Numbered from the whole stretch's first letter, positions 52,241 through 63,552 are shown. The stretch is DNA of 63,552 bases, filler included, from Octopus bimaculoides (GCF_001194135.2; 7 parts of 7 records of this genome joined end to end with filler, not necessarily neighbours in it), one strand, 5' to 3'. A program made the numbers and translations. Notes: generated by a model from the letters alone, not told the origin.

Positions 52241-53119
52241 GTGTGTGTGTGTATATTATGTATGTATGAATGTATATGTATGGATGAATCCATATGTATG
52301 TATATATGTGTATGTGTGTGTGTATGTATATGAGAAGATATATGGTTATCCCGGTTACAGAGATGGGGGTGATGTATCAGGTTGTACCACCAAAGTACAA
52401 GGACATGAATATAAATGGAATGCATCAAAGGAGAGGACAGGGTGAATGAGCAGGGAGTTCAGAAGTGTGTAAAAGGGGAGAGAGGACGAGAAGGGGAGTG
52501 CAGTGTGTCATAAACACAGTGAACAGCAGGATAGCAAAGATACAGTCAACAATGAGAGGACAGGAGAGAAAGATGGCAAAGTATTGGGAAACAAGAGCAG
52601 AGGGGAAGAGGCAAGCATAGTGAATGAAGAGATGTAGTTGGGTTCATAGGTGTGGGGGTTAATTAATGTTACATGGGAGTGGAATACACAGCACTTCTAG
52701 ATCTCAGTTTTGTTGAGGTGGGCAGGTCTTCTCAAGGACCTCATATCACCAGACATTTTGGCCCATTGTCATTGCCTCCATGAGGTTCAACTCTTTGAGA
52801 GCAGCCCTTACTACTTCATCCCATGTCTTCCTGGGTTTCCATCTCCCACAGTACAACAGTACATGATTGGCACATTATTTTATCAACTCTCAAAAGTTGA
52901 CATTGGCAGGATTTGAACCCAAACATAAAAGGCCATAACTATATACCACTGGACATTTCTGTTCAACAGTTAATGATTCTGCCAATCCACCACTATCTAA
53001 CTGGTTGGAACCAGTAACTAGAGTAATTTCAATATATCACTTATTTCATTTGCTCAATCTAATATATGACTGGTTCCTATTTTGGTAGACTTTATAAGAT
53101 TTAAACTCAGAACCTAGAA

Positions 53120-53377
53120 CAGCAGTTCTCAACTACTTGTTGCCTATGGAACCATTTGATTCCGATTTTTTACTTTACTGGACCCTAATAAATATTTGAT
53201 ACTTAAAAAGGTCCTATTATATTTTTATAATTAGATATTATTAAGGATTGTATAATAAAAAGTGTTGAAATATTTTGTGTATTGTAGAAATATAACCAAT
53301 TTATTGCACATAAATTTTAACAGCAAAATTTTATGTGGACCCCCAAGGGCCACATGAACCCCAATTGAGAACTACTG
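53120..53377. mobile_element. hAT (Charlie-like) MITE with 8-bp TSD
   Basis: TIRs cagcagttctcaa / ttgagaactactg; exact TSD acctagaa at 53112-53119 and 53378-53385. Confidence 0.9.
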
Positions 53378-54413
53378 ACCTAGAAGAACAAAAGTAGATA
53401 ACATATTTAGTTTCAAAACTGGAACCATTGTTTTGCTCTTTCTCCAAGTATTTTCTTTTAACCCATTAGTGTTATTTTTTAACCCTTTAGAATTATATTT
53501 CTGAATTCTCCCAGTCTTGGATTTTTTTTTTCTCCTGTACATACATGCATATGTACAAACATACACATTTACTGTTCACTTTTCCATGACTGCATGGATC
53601 AGATGGAATTCATTGGGACAGATTTTCTATGACCAGATGTCCTTCCTGCTGCCAACACTCTCATGTTTCCAATCAAAATATTTCTTCATGACCAGACACA
53701 TTTTCATGGAAGACTGGAAATGAGACACTACTCATATAACAGTGACACTCATTTACAACTATTGTGAGACGTTAAACAAGGAGCAGTAACATACACACAC
53801 ACACACACATAAATATTCATATATATGTACACAACAGACATTTTCAGTTTCCACCAACCAAGTCTACTCACAAGGCTTTGATCAGCCAAGGGCTATAGAA
53901 GACAGTTGTCAGGCTTCTGTCTCACCAGGAGATTATTTTATGCTCTACAACATTTGTCAATATCTAATAATACTAACTTCTAACTACAACACAAGGCTAA
54001 CATTAAAGTACTAGTCATGTATCCACTACTTAGCTGGTATTTTATCAACCCCAAAAAGGATAAACAGTAAAGTTGACCACAGTGGGATTTGAACTCAAGG
54101 TCTGAACGGTTGTAAATAAATACCTGCAGGACATATTTTGAAGATTAGCAGAATCATAAGAACATCAGACGAATTGTCTGATTCTAGGTTCTGAGTTCAA
54201 ATTCTGCTAAGGTTGACTTTCATCATTCCAGAATTGTTAAAATTAATACTACACAGAAACTGGAGTCAATTTAATCAATAATATTCAAACTGTGCTAATA
54301 TTACAAACCAATATCTTATAATATGGATTTCTATTTTATAATATATAAGATCATATAACTATAAGTTTAAATTTATTATACAGAAATTTTAATTTATTTT
54401 GTATATTTTATTA

Positions 54414-54761
54414 ATACGGAGACGTGTCGATATCTGCTGCCTCCAAGAAGTAAGGTGGAGAGGTTGTTCTGCTAGGCTCCTCACAGGCAAAGAACACAGG
54501 TACAAGATTTTCTGGGCAGGAAACACAGACGGGGTCGGGGGCGTGGGTATACTTCTTGCAGAGAAACGGGTGGATAAGGTAATCAAGGTGGTTAGAGTAT
54601 GCGATAGAATACTTAAGATTAGATTAGTCCTACACCATGGTTTAGCAACCATTATCTCGGCCTATGCCCCTCAGCCCGGGCTACCCGACGGACAGAAAGA
54701 CCAATTTTATGACACCCTTCTGCAGACTACCTCATCGACGAATGACAGGGACCTTCTCTTT
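54414..54761 (+). mobile_element. RTE LINE apurinic-type endonuclease domain, open to the gap
   Basis: VDICCLQEVRWRG...GVGILLAEK...IISAYAPQPG...KDQFYDTL. Confidence 0.9.
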
Positions 54762-54861
54762 NNNNNNNNNNNNNNNNNNNNNNNNNNNNNNNNNNNNNNN
54801 NNNNNTTAATTAATTAANNNNNNNNNNNNNNNNNNNNNNNNNNNNNNNNNNNNNNNNNNNN

Positions 54862-55267
54862 AAATACCACTGTCCTGAACAACTAGAACACGGTTTCAAA
54901 CCCAGCTCGTGGAAGAGGGACATAACTTTTTTTTTTTTTCCGGCGGTCGTATCAATACATTTTTGTATACACATATATACGTAATCCAATTTTGTGTGCA
55001 TTTGTTATATATGCTCCGCTACCTTCTTTCTTTCCTTCTTCCCTTCTCTCTTTCTTTCTTTCTTTCTCTATTTCTTTCTTTCCTCACGAAAACCATGCTT
55101 TCTCCCTTTCTACATTAGTAACGTCCTGTATCTATACGTTACTCTTCTCCCCTCCATAAGCTTAAGATACTGATACGGACGCCGATAAACAAACAAAATA
55201 ACGTTATGCCCCTATCTCCCGAGCTGGGTTTGAAACCGTATTCTGGTTGTCGAGGATAATGGTATTT
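54862..55267. repeat. Imperfect 65-bp inverted repeat
   Basis: 54862-54926 versus reverse complement of 55203-55267 (core ggtttcaaacccagctcg / cgagctgggtttgaaacc). Confidence 0.8.
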
Positions 55268-55274
55268 CTTTTGT

Positions 55275-55510
55275 CAGTTGGCGTACAGGAATTGATGTGA
55301 GCGGTCAGCCAGTTATTTTTAGCGTAGGAGGTGATCGGTGACCCTTTCCGGTCACCGAAAGTTTAGAAAAACAAGTTAGGAACTGTACTAAACTGACCCA
55401 GCTTTGGAGGGGGTAAGGTAGCACTGTTGAGCTACGGTATTTGTCTTAAATACGGTAGGCAGTTGGTATCGAACAGTTGGCGTACAGGAATTGATGTGAG
55501 CGGTCAGCCA
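55275..55510. repeat. Exact 37-bp direct repeat pair enclosing a 9-bp hairpin
   Basis: cagttggcgtacaggaattgatgtgagcggtcagcca at 55275-55311 and 55474-55510; tcggtgacc-ctttcc-ggtcaccga at 55335-55358. Confidence 0.9.
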
Positions 55511-55849
55511 ATGAAGATGGACAAGCAGTTGTTGTAAACAAAGTCAGTGAATGAAGAACGTGAGCCGGTGTGAAGGCCATAACGCAATCCATAGTAAAAA
55601 CTTGTTTAATAACCTATGCACATTTCAATGCAATATCCCGACTCACTCTTGTAAGAGATAAGAATATGGGGTCTTGCATCTCTTCAGGGTCAAGTTACAT
55701 TAATTCACAGCAGACAGCAAAAAAACAGACAACATTAATAGTTGTCCTTAAATTACATGTGTATAAACAGGTTGTAACGACATGAACATATTGAAACTGC
55801 TTACAATATCGGTTAAGAAAACCGTTATATAGTAAAGTAAGTAGTGTTG

Positions 55850-56684
55850 TTAACTTAGGATATTAACTTAGGATGTTAAGTAGCGACAAGCAATCGACGC
55901 TGTAAATTCAATAAAAAAAACGGTGGACTTTTGAAAGTAAATAAAACGAAGAAAGAAAATTGTCTGTTATATATCTTAATAAAAGTATAAATTAATGGTC
56001 AAAGAGAGGTAAATCTAGTAAATAATATTTTTGATTTATATAATTCACTCAATTGTGAATAATCATATCAAATAATTATATTTCATTTTAAGTTTAGAAT
56101 AGTTATGAGACTTCTTTTAAGGTTATGTAAACAAGATAATTTAGAAAATATAAATTAAAAATAATAAAATAAAATAAATTAGGTTACATTCAGATTGCAG
56201 CCATCAAAGTTTTTTTTTTTAAATATATATATTACATTAGCTTAGTAGTTGGATTCAAATACAATATTAAAAGAAGGAAGGGATTTAATCGATAAGGTAA
56301 AAAGTAAACAATTATTACGATGCATCTGTAAATGGATCTGTAAATGGTGAATAGTTGTCATAGAGACTTTAGTCTCTCTCTATCACCTTTCAACATAATT
56401 ATGTTTTAAGGAACAGTAGAACAATTTAACAACATAATAAAAATGAGTTTTATTTTTGATGATGCTTGGTTTCATAATTCCTGTCATTCAGCTTAGCAGC
56501 CGCTGATTAGGTTGTAATTTGGTATTGGAAGGTTAAGGGCTTCCTTGATTCCTGCCAGAGAAGCAAGTAGCTATCACCATCGAAGGCATCGTTGTGGAAC
56601 GAGGAGTTGTCACGTAGAAGGTCTGTCGCGCAACTGTCTGAGAAAGTGAAACTCACTCTTTAAGTACCAGTTTTACTACGCATG
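55850..56684. repeat. Local tandem duplication, copy 1
   Basis: Aligns co-linearly with 57307-58394; identical blocks of 37, 34 and 19 nt. Confidence 0.85.
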
Positions 56685-56760
56685 CGCACTCGAGGGGCTT
56701 CCGGTGGTGAAGTCCTCTGTGCATGCGCAGAATAGTACTTCCTCAATGGCGGCTATAATT
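56675..56760. promoter_or_regulatory. Housekeeping-type promoter motif cluster
   Basis: NRF1-like acgcatgcgcac (56678-56689) and tgtgcatgcgca (56718-56729), ETS cttccggt (56698-56705), YY1/Kozak-like aATGGCGGC (56745-56753); CpG-rich island in AT-rich DNA. Confidence 0.55.
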
Positions 56761-56773
56761 TCGCGCCACTACA

Positions 56774-57139
56774 GATATTTCTGATTGGACGGGCAACACT
56801 TTTCATTAATGTTTTATGTAGTGTTTTTGGTACCGAAACACTTTCAAACTTCGTATACTTGTATATTTTGTGTTATAGAACAGATAAAAAATTTTGTATT
56901 CGAAGTTATTTCATGTAAGAAATTGTCGTATTTCGGTAATTTCAACCAATCACTGACGTCAGTGATTGGTTGAAATTACAGAAATACGACAACTTTAACA
57001 TGAAATAACTTGCAATATATAATTTTTTGTTAAGAAAGCTAAGAGAAAAAGATGTTTTATATGACACATTCTACCAGTATCTCAAGTTTGAAAGTGTTTC
57101 GTTAAGAAAACAAGTGTTACTCGTCAAATCAGAAAGATC
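56774..57139. mobile_element. Whole-length palindromic (hairpin) MITE-like element
   Basis: Symmetric about 56957/56958; perfect 44-bp core 56936-56979; outer ends gatatttctgattggacgggcaacac / gtgttactcgtcaaatcagaaagatc. Confidence 0.75.
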
Positions 57140-57306
57140 CCGGTACTATCTTACATAGAATTATAAATGATAAATCAAGTAACTAATATCAAAACTCATG
57201 ATTGTACCTATAGAAACAGATTCTATGAGAATAAGCGTAAACCATGTTAAATTAATATCATTATATGGATTTAACTAATCCCTTCAGGCAGGTTATTAAG
57301 TAAAGC

Positions 57307-58394
57307 AACCTAGGATATTAAGCTAGGATGTTAAGTAGCTACATGCATATGACCCTATTATATCAAATAATGCATCAGATGTTTGAGAAAAAGGCAACTG
57401 ACCTAAAACGAAGGAAGAAAACTTATCTATAATAGATCATAACAGAAATAAAATTAACATAAAAAATTCATGGTCAAAGAGAGGTAAATCTAGCAAAATA
57501 ATATATATTTTAACAATTTAAATAATTTACTCAAATGTGATTAACCCTATGAAATTATTATATTGATTTTTGAATTAAAATATTTTGAGACAATTTAAGG
57601 ATATGTAATCAAGATAATTAAGAAATTATAAATTATAAAATAAATTAGGTTACATTCAAATTGCAACCATCAAAAATTTAAATATACATTACATTAACTT
57701 AGTAGTGAAATTAAATTATTGGGTCTACCGCTTCCACAGGTTCCCTCAACCGCTAGGCTGTGGCACTTTCTCACACAGCTATCCTCATCCATTCTCGCCA
57801 CATGACCATACCAGCACAATCATCTCTCTTGCACACCACAACTGATGCTTCATAGGTCCAACTTTTCTCTCAATGTACTTATACTCTGTCGAGTATGCAC
57901 ACTGACATTACACATCCATCAGAGCATACTGGCTTGATTCCTTGCGAGCTTACGCATCAGCCACATTCGGATGGTGCTTTTTACATGCCACCAGTACAGG
58001 AGCCAGTCAGACAGACCTGGCATTGACCACATTCGGATGGTGCTTTTTATGTGTCTGTAAAATAAGTATTGATAAGTGTTGTCATAGAGACTTTAGTCTC
58101 TCTCTATCACCTTTTAACAGCATTTTTAATGAAGAGACATCAGAACAATTTACACTATAATAAAAAGGTTTTATTTATGATGATACTTGGTTATACAATT
58201 CCTGTCATTCAGCTTAGCAGCCGCTGATTACATTGTTGTTTGGTAATGGAAGGTTAAGGGCTTTCTTGATGCCTGCCAGAGAACAGTGTAAAAGTGCTTC
58301 GTGGAGGAGCGAGGTGTTGTCACGTAGAAGGTCTCAAGCTCAACTCCCTGAGATAATGAAAGTAACTGCTTAAGTACGAGTTTTACTACGCATG
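57307..58394. repeat. Local tandem duplication, copy 2, interrupted by RTE-derived sequence (about 57720-58050) and ending at a gap
   Basis: See copy 1; terminates ttttactacgcatg|NNN. Confidence 0.85.
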
Positions 58395-58609
58395 NNNNNN
58401 NNNNNNNNNNNNNNNNNNNNNNNNNNNNNNNNNNNNNNTTAATTAATTAANNNNNNNNNNNNNNNNNNNNNNNNNNNNNNNNNNNNNNNNNNNNGGGAGA
58501 AAAGATCATCATCATCATCATCATATATATATATATGTGTATATATATATATATATGTGTATATATATATATATATATATGTATAGATATATATATGTAT
58601 GTGTGTATA

Positions 58610-58818
58610 TATGTTTGTGTGTGTGTCACCCAACATCGCTTGACAACTGATGCTGGTGGGTTTACGTCACTGTAGCTTAACGGTTCGCCAAAAGAGACCG
58701 ATAGAATAAGTACTAGGCTTACAAAGAATAAGTCCTGGGGTCGCTTTGGTCGACTAAAGGTGGTGCTCCAGCATGGCCTCAGTCAAAATGACTGAAACAA
58801 GTAAAAGAGTAAAAGAGT
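58610..58818 (+). mobile_element. SINE family C, 3' half
   Basis: Same as 143-350. Confidence 0.8.
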
Positions 58819-58924
58819 ACATGTATATATGTGTGTGTACATATGTATGTATATATGTGTGTGTGTGTGTATGTATATGTACATATATAAATTCTAATAT
58901 TTGTTGTTTTATATTTTGATACAG

Positions 58925-59044
58925 TGGTGACAAACCCCCTGGTTTCTTCACAAAGGCAGCTATCGGAATGACAGCTGGGGCAATTGGTGCCTTTGTCGGT
59001 ACACCTGCTGAGATCTCTCTCATTCGAATGACTGCTGATGGCAG
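58925..59044 (+). CDS. SLC25A11: Internal exon of mitochondrial 2-oxoglutarate/malate carrier
   Basis: tacag|T GGT GAC...GGC AG|gtacgt; GDKPPGFFTKAAIGMTAGAIGAFVGTPAEISLIRMTADG(R) with carrier signature PxE..xxRM; 120 nt. Confidence 0.95.
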
Positions 59045-59195
59045 GTACGTATATATACAGCAATGGGTGTGTGTATATGTGTGATGGATTTACACAAGTT
59101 GAAGCTGATCAGTGTAAGACATTACTTATGACAGCAGTGGTGATGGTGGTGTTTGTTGCAAACTGGTGACGTTGCTGCTAATTTGTGTTGTTAAC

Positions 59196-60135
59196 CAGTG
59201 TTGGCAGCACCAAAGGTGGACACCGTTAACTGAAAAGTTAACTTTGTTAACCGTTAATCTGTTTACCAAAAAGTTAACTCTGTTAGCTGTTAATCTGTTT
59301 ACCAAGTAGTTAACTTTGATAACTGTTAATCAGTTAATTCTTTAAAAATGTAATGGAAGTTGTCAATAAATCGCTAATGTTAAATTTTATTATGGAAAAA
59401 AACAAAAAATCAGTTTTTGTTTTAAAACCACCTGGAAACATCTTTATAAAGTGCCAAAACTATGAAATCAGTCTTTTTGAGGCTTTTTTAAGGACTTTAC
59501 AACCGTAAAACTTTTTTTTTTTGCTTTAGAGTTAAAAAGTGCTAATTTTATAGTTTTAACTTTTAAAAGACCTAAAAATATCTGATTTCATAGTTTTGGC
59601 CCTTTTTAGGTTTTTAAAGGTTTTTAGAGCCAGAAAAGAGTAAAAAAAAAGAACTCAGATGAAACAAATATTAGTATTAAACTAAGAAAGTTTATTGATA
59701 AAGTGACCATAAAAAAATTAAAATTTTTAAAAAAATGTAAAACACAATGTATACAGAATTTAATTTTTCCTCTTCTTGTTCTCCATTTTGTTCATGAGGT
59801 GCACGTTACCCTTCATGAAAATTAGCATGTCAAAGTTTTCATCAGATAGGGATGATCTGTTGGCCCTCAAGATGTCCTTGCCCATAGAGAACAAATGCTC
59901 CCCTGCAGCACTGGAGGGGGATGGCTGTGTTGAACTTGATGAACAAGTCCACCAACACTTGCCCACCCAAGAAGGCAACATCTGTCAGCAGGTCATTGGT
60001 GTTGGTCTCCAACCAGGTCTTGACTAAATACTGGGCCTTGTCCTTGAGTGACCTGTGGCTCCTGCTGCTCTCTTTTGGCTGGGTGACACCACTGAAAAAC
60101 TCATCCTCGTCTTTGTTGTCTCTGTTCATTTGTAA
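59196..60135 (-). mobile_element. hAT (Ac-like) transposon 3' remnant
   Basis: Frameshifted LFIKFNTAIP/SSAAGEHLFSMGKDILRANRSSLSDENFDMLIFMKGN dimerisation domain; terminal cagtgttgg and gttaac-rich subterminal repeats. Confidence 0.8.
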
Positions 60136-60446
60136 TATAAAACAATAAATATAAATGTTTTATTTATCACAATACAATTACTAGGAAACAAAGAAACGGA
60201 AAAAGAGGGTGTGGAATTAAGCAGTAGAAAATGGAATGGGAGGGAGCAATGGGTCACACACTCCAGAATAAATGGTGTGTTCAGCCGTGTCCTGTGGTCA
60301 TGACCATGATAGCATGTAATTATAATTAAAATATCCCACTTCAGAAAGTTGTAATCAGCTGAAAGAAGAACCAAGTGTGTAAGATGTGTTTTCTTCTATC
60401 AATTGGATGTTTTGTCAAGTTAACATTTCATCTCACTGTTTTCTAG

Positions 60447-60537
60447 GTTACCTGTAGATCAACAAAGAGGTTACACCAACGTATTCAATGCCCTCTTTCG
60501 TATCACTAAAGAAGAAGGAGTACTAACACTATGGAGG
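60447..60537 (+). CDS. SLC25A11: Next exon of SLC25A11
   Basis: ttttctag|G TTA CCT...TGG AGG|gtaaat; (R)LPVDQQRGYTNVFNALFRITKEEGVLTLWR, in phase with the previous exon; 91 nt. Confidence 0.95.
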
Positions 60538-60546
60538 GTAAATATC

Positions 60547-60850
60547 GTTGTTGTTGTTGTTAATTCAGCTGTTGTCAGAACACCTGGAGTCTTGCATGGA
60601 TAGTGGGCTTGCTACCTGCAGCCTCTGGTACCATGCCATTTGTTCTTTTCAACTATCTAATACTTTCTTGATTATTCTAGCTGTTCCAACGAGGCAAACG
60701 TTTTGTGACAGTTCTACTGGGCAGCCCTATTCTGATTTCCTTTATATTTCCTCTTGATGCCTTCTGATAATGTCCCCAAGGACCCAATAATAATTGGCTC
60801 CATCTTCACCACCTTCATTTTCCATTGCAAGAAACAGCTTGGTTTCTTTC
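60547..60850 (-). mobile_element. Third R4/Dong-like 3' fragment with (AAC)n tail
   Basis: Minus strand WKMKVVKMEPIIIGSLGT...CLVGTARIIKKVLDS* with a frameshift. Confidence 0.6.
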
Positions 60851-61029
60851 TCTAACATTTTAGATAGTTCAACCTTCACGAGTTAATGTATGAAAAACAA
60901 AATAGGAGTTTTGAAAGAAGTATCTATAAAGATAGTTTTTAAACATTGACTGGCTGTGGCAGTCCACTTGAATAAAATAGTAATGAAATGGGTCTATAGA
61001 TAGGCACAGTTATGGCTGTTTGGTAAGAA

Positions 61030-61347
61030 GGCTACAAGCTGGCAGAAATGTTAGCATACCGGACGAAATGCTTATCCGTATTTCACCTGTTGCTATGTTC
61101 TGAGTTCAAATTCCACCAAGGTCAACTTTGCCTTTTATCCTTTTGGGGGTTGATGAATTAAATACCTGTGAATCACTGGGGTTGATGTAATCGACTATCC
61201 CCCAGAATTGTTATCATGCCTGGCGAAATGCTTAGCGGTATTTTGTCCATCCTCACATTCTGTGTTCAGACTCCACCAAGGTCGACTTTGCCTTTTATCC
61301 TTTTGGGGGTTGATGAATTAAATACCTGTGAATCACTGGGGTTGATG
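61030..61347 (+). mobile_element. SINE family B with partial tandem duplication next to a gap
   Basis: Core ccaccaaggtc.actttgccttttatcc...ggggttgatg occurs twice. Confidence 0.7.
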
Positions 61348-61447
61348 NNNNNNNNNNNNNNNNNNNNNNNNNNNNNNNNNNNNNNNNNNNNTTAATTAAT
61401 TAANNNNNNNNNNNNNNNNNNNNNNNNNNNNNNNNNNNNNNNNNNNN

Positions 61448-61685
61448 GCGGGTGGCACATAAAAGACACCATTTCGAGCGTGGCCGTTTTCGTGCGGGTG
61501 ACACGTAAAAGCACCCACTACACTCTCTGAGTGGTTGGCGTTAGGAAGGGCATCCAGCTGTAGAAACTCTGCCAAATCAGACTGGAGCCTGGTGTTGCCA
61601 TCCGGTTTCACCAGTCCTCAGTCAAATCGTCCAACCCATGCTAGCATGGAAAGCGGACGTTAAACGATGATGATGATGATGATGA
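61448..61685 (+). mobile_element. RTE LINE 3' terminus
   Basis: gtggttggcgttaggaagggcatccagctgtagaaac...aaagcggacgttaaac(GAT)n. Confidence 0.85.
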
Positions 61686-62344
61686 AGCTCAGGCTAGTCT
61701 TTCAGAATAGTATAGCTACAATTATCTCTGCCTACGCCTCATAAGCAGGCCTTCCAAATGATCAGAAGGACCACTTTTATGATATCTTTTTACAGGTTAC
61801 CTCAAAGACGAGTAGCAATGACCTTGTAGTAGAAATATATATTCAGTACCAGGTGTTGATATGGCTGTGTGTATATTATTACAAGAGTTCATATAGAGAT
61901 GAAGAATAAATTCAAGAACTATATATTTACTACACAAAAATATATTTTACTTACTGGTCGATGATGATACATAATCAAAATGTAGAATCTAGTTGAATGA
62001 AGTAATCTATACAAGAAAGTTCAGAGATAGGAAATACAGAAATAACAGCTAAGTGGTGGCTGTCAGTCATGTGACATAGAGAAATAGATGGACATAGCAA
62101 TGATGTGAATGGCTCTAAGTCTAATCAACTAAGAAGTGAAGAGCAGGGTTAGCAAGCTGTTTCTATTAATGGAATCCTAGACATTCAAGAAACTTCCAAG
62201 AGAAACGCTAAGCTTCTTGAATAATTAAGAATCACGTCTCATGACACACATGCTTTGAGAAACTTAGTAAAGGGAGGTTACTCTATAATCCTTCTTGCAA
62301 GGGAGATCATTCAACTATTTAGCTACATAGACCACTACAATAAT

Positions 62345-63552
62345 GAAAATAACAAAAATGTATACATCTGGTGATGTGGGTTATGGTCTAGTCACTTGAA
62401 TTGTAAATCAAGTAGTTCACAAAAGAGTCATACCTGATGACTGGTGTAAAAGAACCATAGTCAACTGCTACAAAGGTAAAGATGATGCTTTAGATAGAAA
62501 TAACTACAGAGGTATCAAACTGCTGGATCAGGTGATGAAGGTCATGGAGAGGGTCATAGCCCAACTAATTAGAGAGAGAGTCAGTTTAGATGAGATGCAG
62601 TTCAGCTTTGTGCTGGGTAAAAGCACCACTGATGCTATATTTCTGGTAAGGCAACTGCAGGAGAAATACCTAGCCAAAGATAAATCCCTGTACTTGGCTT
62701 TTGTTGACATGAAGAAAGCCTTTGACAGGGTTCCCCAATCCATTATCTGGTGGGCAATGTGGAAACTAGAGATAGACAAGTGGTTAGTAAGAAATGTACA
62801 AGCCGTGTACAGGCATGCTGTCAGTAAAGTAATGGTCAGCAATGAGTATAGTGAAGAATTCCAAGTAGAAGTAGGGGTTTACCAAAGATCAGCCCTCAGC
62901 CCCCTCTTATTCATCATAGTCCTCATGGCAATAATAGAGGAATTCAAGACAGGCTGCCCCTGGGAGCACCTCTATGTTGATGACCTTGCTCTCATAGCTG
63001 AATCACTACCAGAACTAGAGAAAAAATTTCAGGTGTGCAAGCAAGGTTTAGAATCAAAAGGCCTTAGAGTTAATGTTGCAAAAACCAAAGTCCTAGTAAG
63101 TAGGAAGGCAATCACATCACAAACCCCTTCGGGTAGATGGCCCTGCTCGAGCTGTAGAAAAGGTGTAGGTAGAAACTCCATAAGATAAACCCAGTGAAAG
63201 CTATGGATGCATAAGCGGTGCAGCAACATCAAAGGAAGGTTAACCGGGATGATAGTTTTTGTGTGTTGCATATGCACAAGGGCAATAAACACCAAAGATG
63301 TTCAATAAACAGTTTCCATCACATGCCAGGGGGAATAACTAGAAGTAGTTGATAGCTTCCATTACTTAGGTGACCAAATCTATAGTGGGGGTAGATGCTC
63401 TGAGAGCGTTGCCACTAGAATAAGAATAGCCTGGGCAAAGTTCAGATAGTTACTACCCTCTGCTGGTGACAAAGGGCCTTACGCTCAGAATGAAAGGTAG
63501 ACTGTATGATGCATGTATATGAAACATGGGCCATGACTGTTGAGGACATATG
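62345..63552 (+). mobile_element. RTE LINE reverse transcriptase region, decayed
   Basis: NYRGIKLL, LAFVDMKKAFDRVP, QRSALSPLLF, LYVDDL motifs; later stops and frameshifts. Confidence 0.92.

Noticed and set aside
55221-55231. gagctgggttt match to conserved LSU rRNA
   Set aside because: 11-nt match only; flanks do not continue and there are no snoRNA boxes
55275-55510. 37-bp identical repeats as a CRISPR array
   Set aside because: Only two repeats, 162-bp spacer, eukaryotic context, no cas genes
56457-56506. C/D-box snoRNA reading (TGATGA...CTGA) in both duplicated copies
   Set aside because: Only about 50 nt between boxes, no terminal stem, no C'/D' boxes, and I could not match a guide to rRNA from memory; kept only as an alternative in the duplication finding
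56520-56545. Telomerase RNA template-like cccttaacc on the minus strand
   Set aside because: Does not match CUAACCCU; no pseudoknot or CR4/5 evident
61215-61347. Tandem SINE B duplication as a biological event
   Set aside because: Near-identical segment ending exactly at a gap; may be contig-end overlap

Overview
AT-rich, microsatellite- and transposon-dense animal DNA with many N gaps. The SINE and LINE families look like those of a coleoid cephalopod (Octopus); this is recognition and inference, not a database result. Only three host coding exons are supportable. One is the first coding exon of a UBE2O-like E2/E3 hybrid enzyme (minus strand, 50806-51015). The other two are internal exons of the mitochondrial 2-oxoglutarate/malate carrier SLC25A11 (plus strand, 58925-59044 and 60447-60537), so the two genes are divergently oriented. 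Almost all listed ORFs are microsatellite or gap artefacts, or decayed TE fragments. TEs include several tRNA-derived SINE families, RTE, CR1/jockey, R4/Dong-like and HERO-like LINE fragments, Tc1 and maT (DD37D) elements, hAT MITEs and a non-autonomous Helitron. The most interesting signals are: (1) three different minimal type-I hammerhead-ribozyme motifs, one of them in the tail of a tRNA-headed SINE whose (AAT)n linker has been invaded by an R4/Dong-like LINE; (2) a tandemly duplicated, roughly 0.85-kb non-coding module with perfectly conserved blocks that runs into a housekeeping-type promoter cluster between the two genes; (3) many long inverted-repeat structures. Unless stated as exact, repeat boundaries are approximate by-eye estimates.
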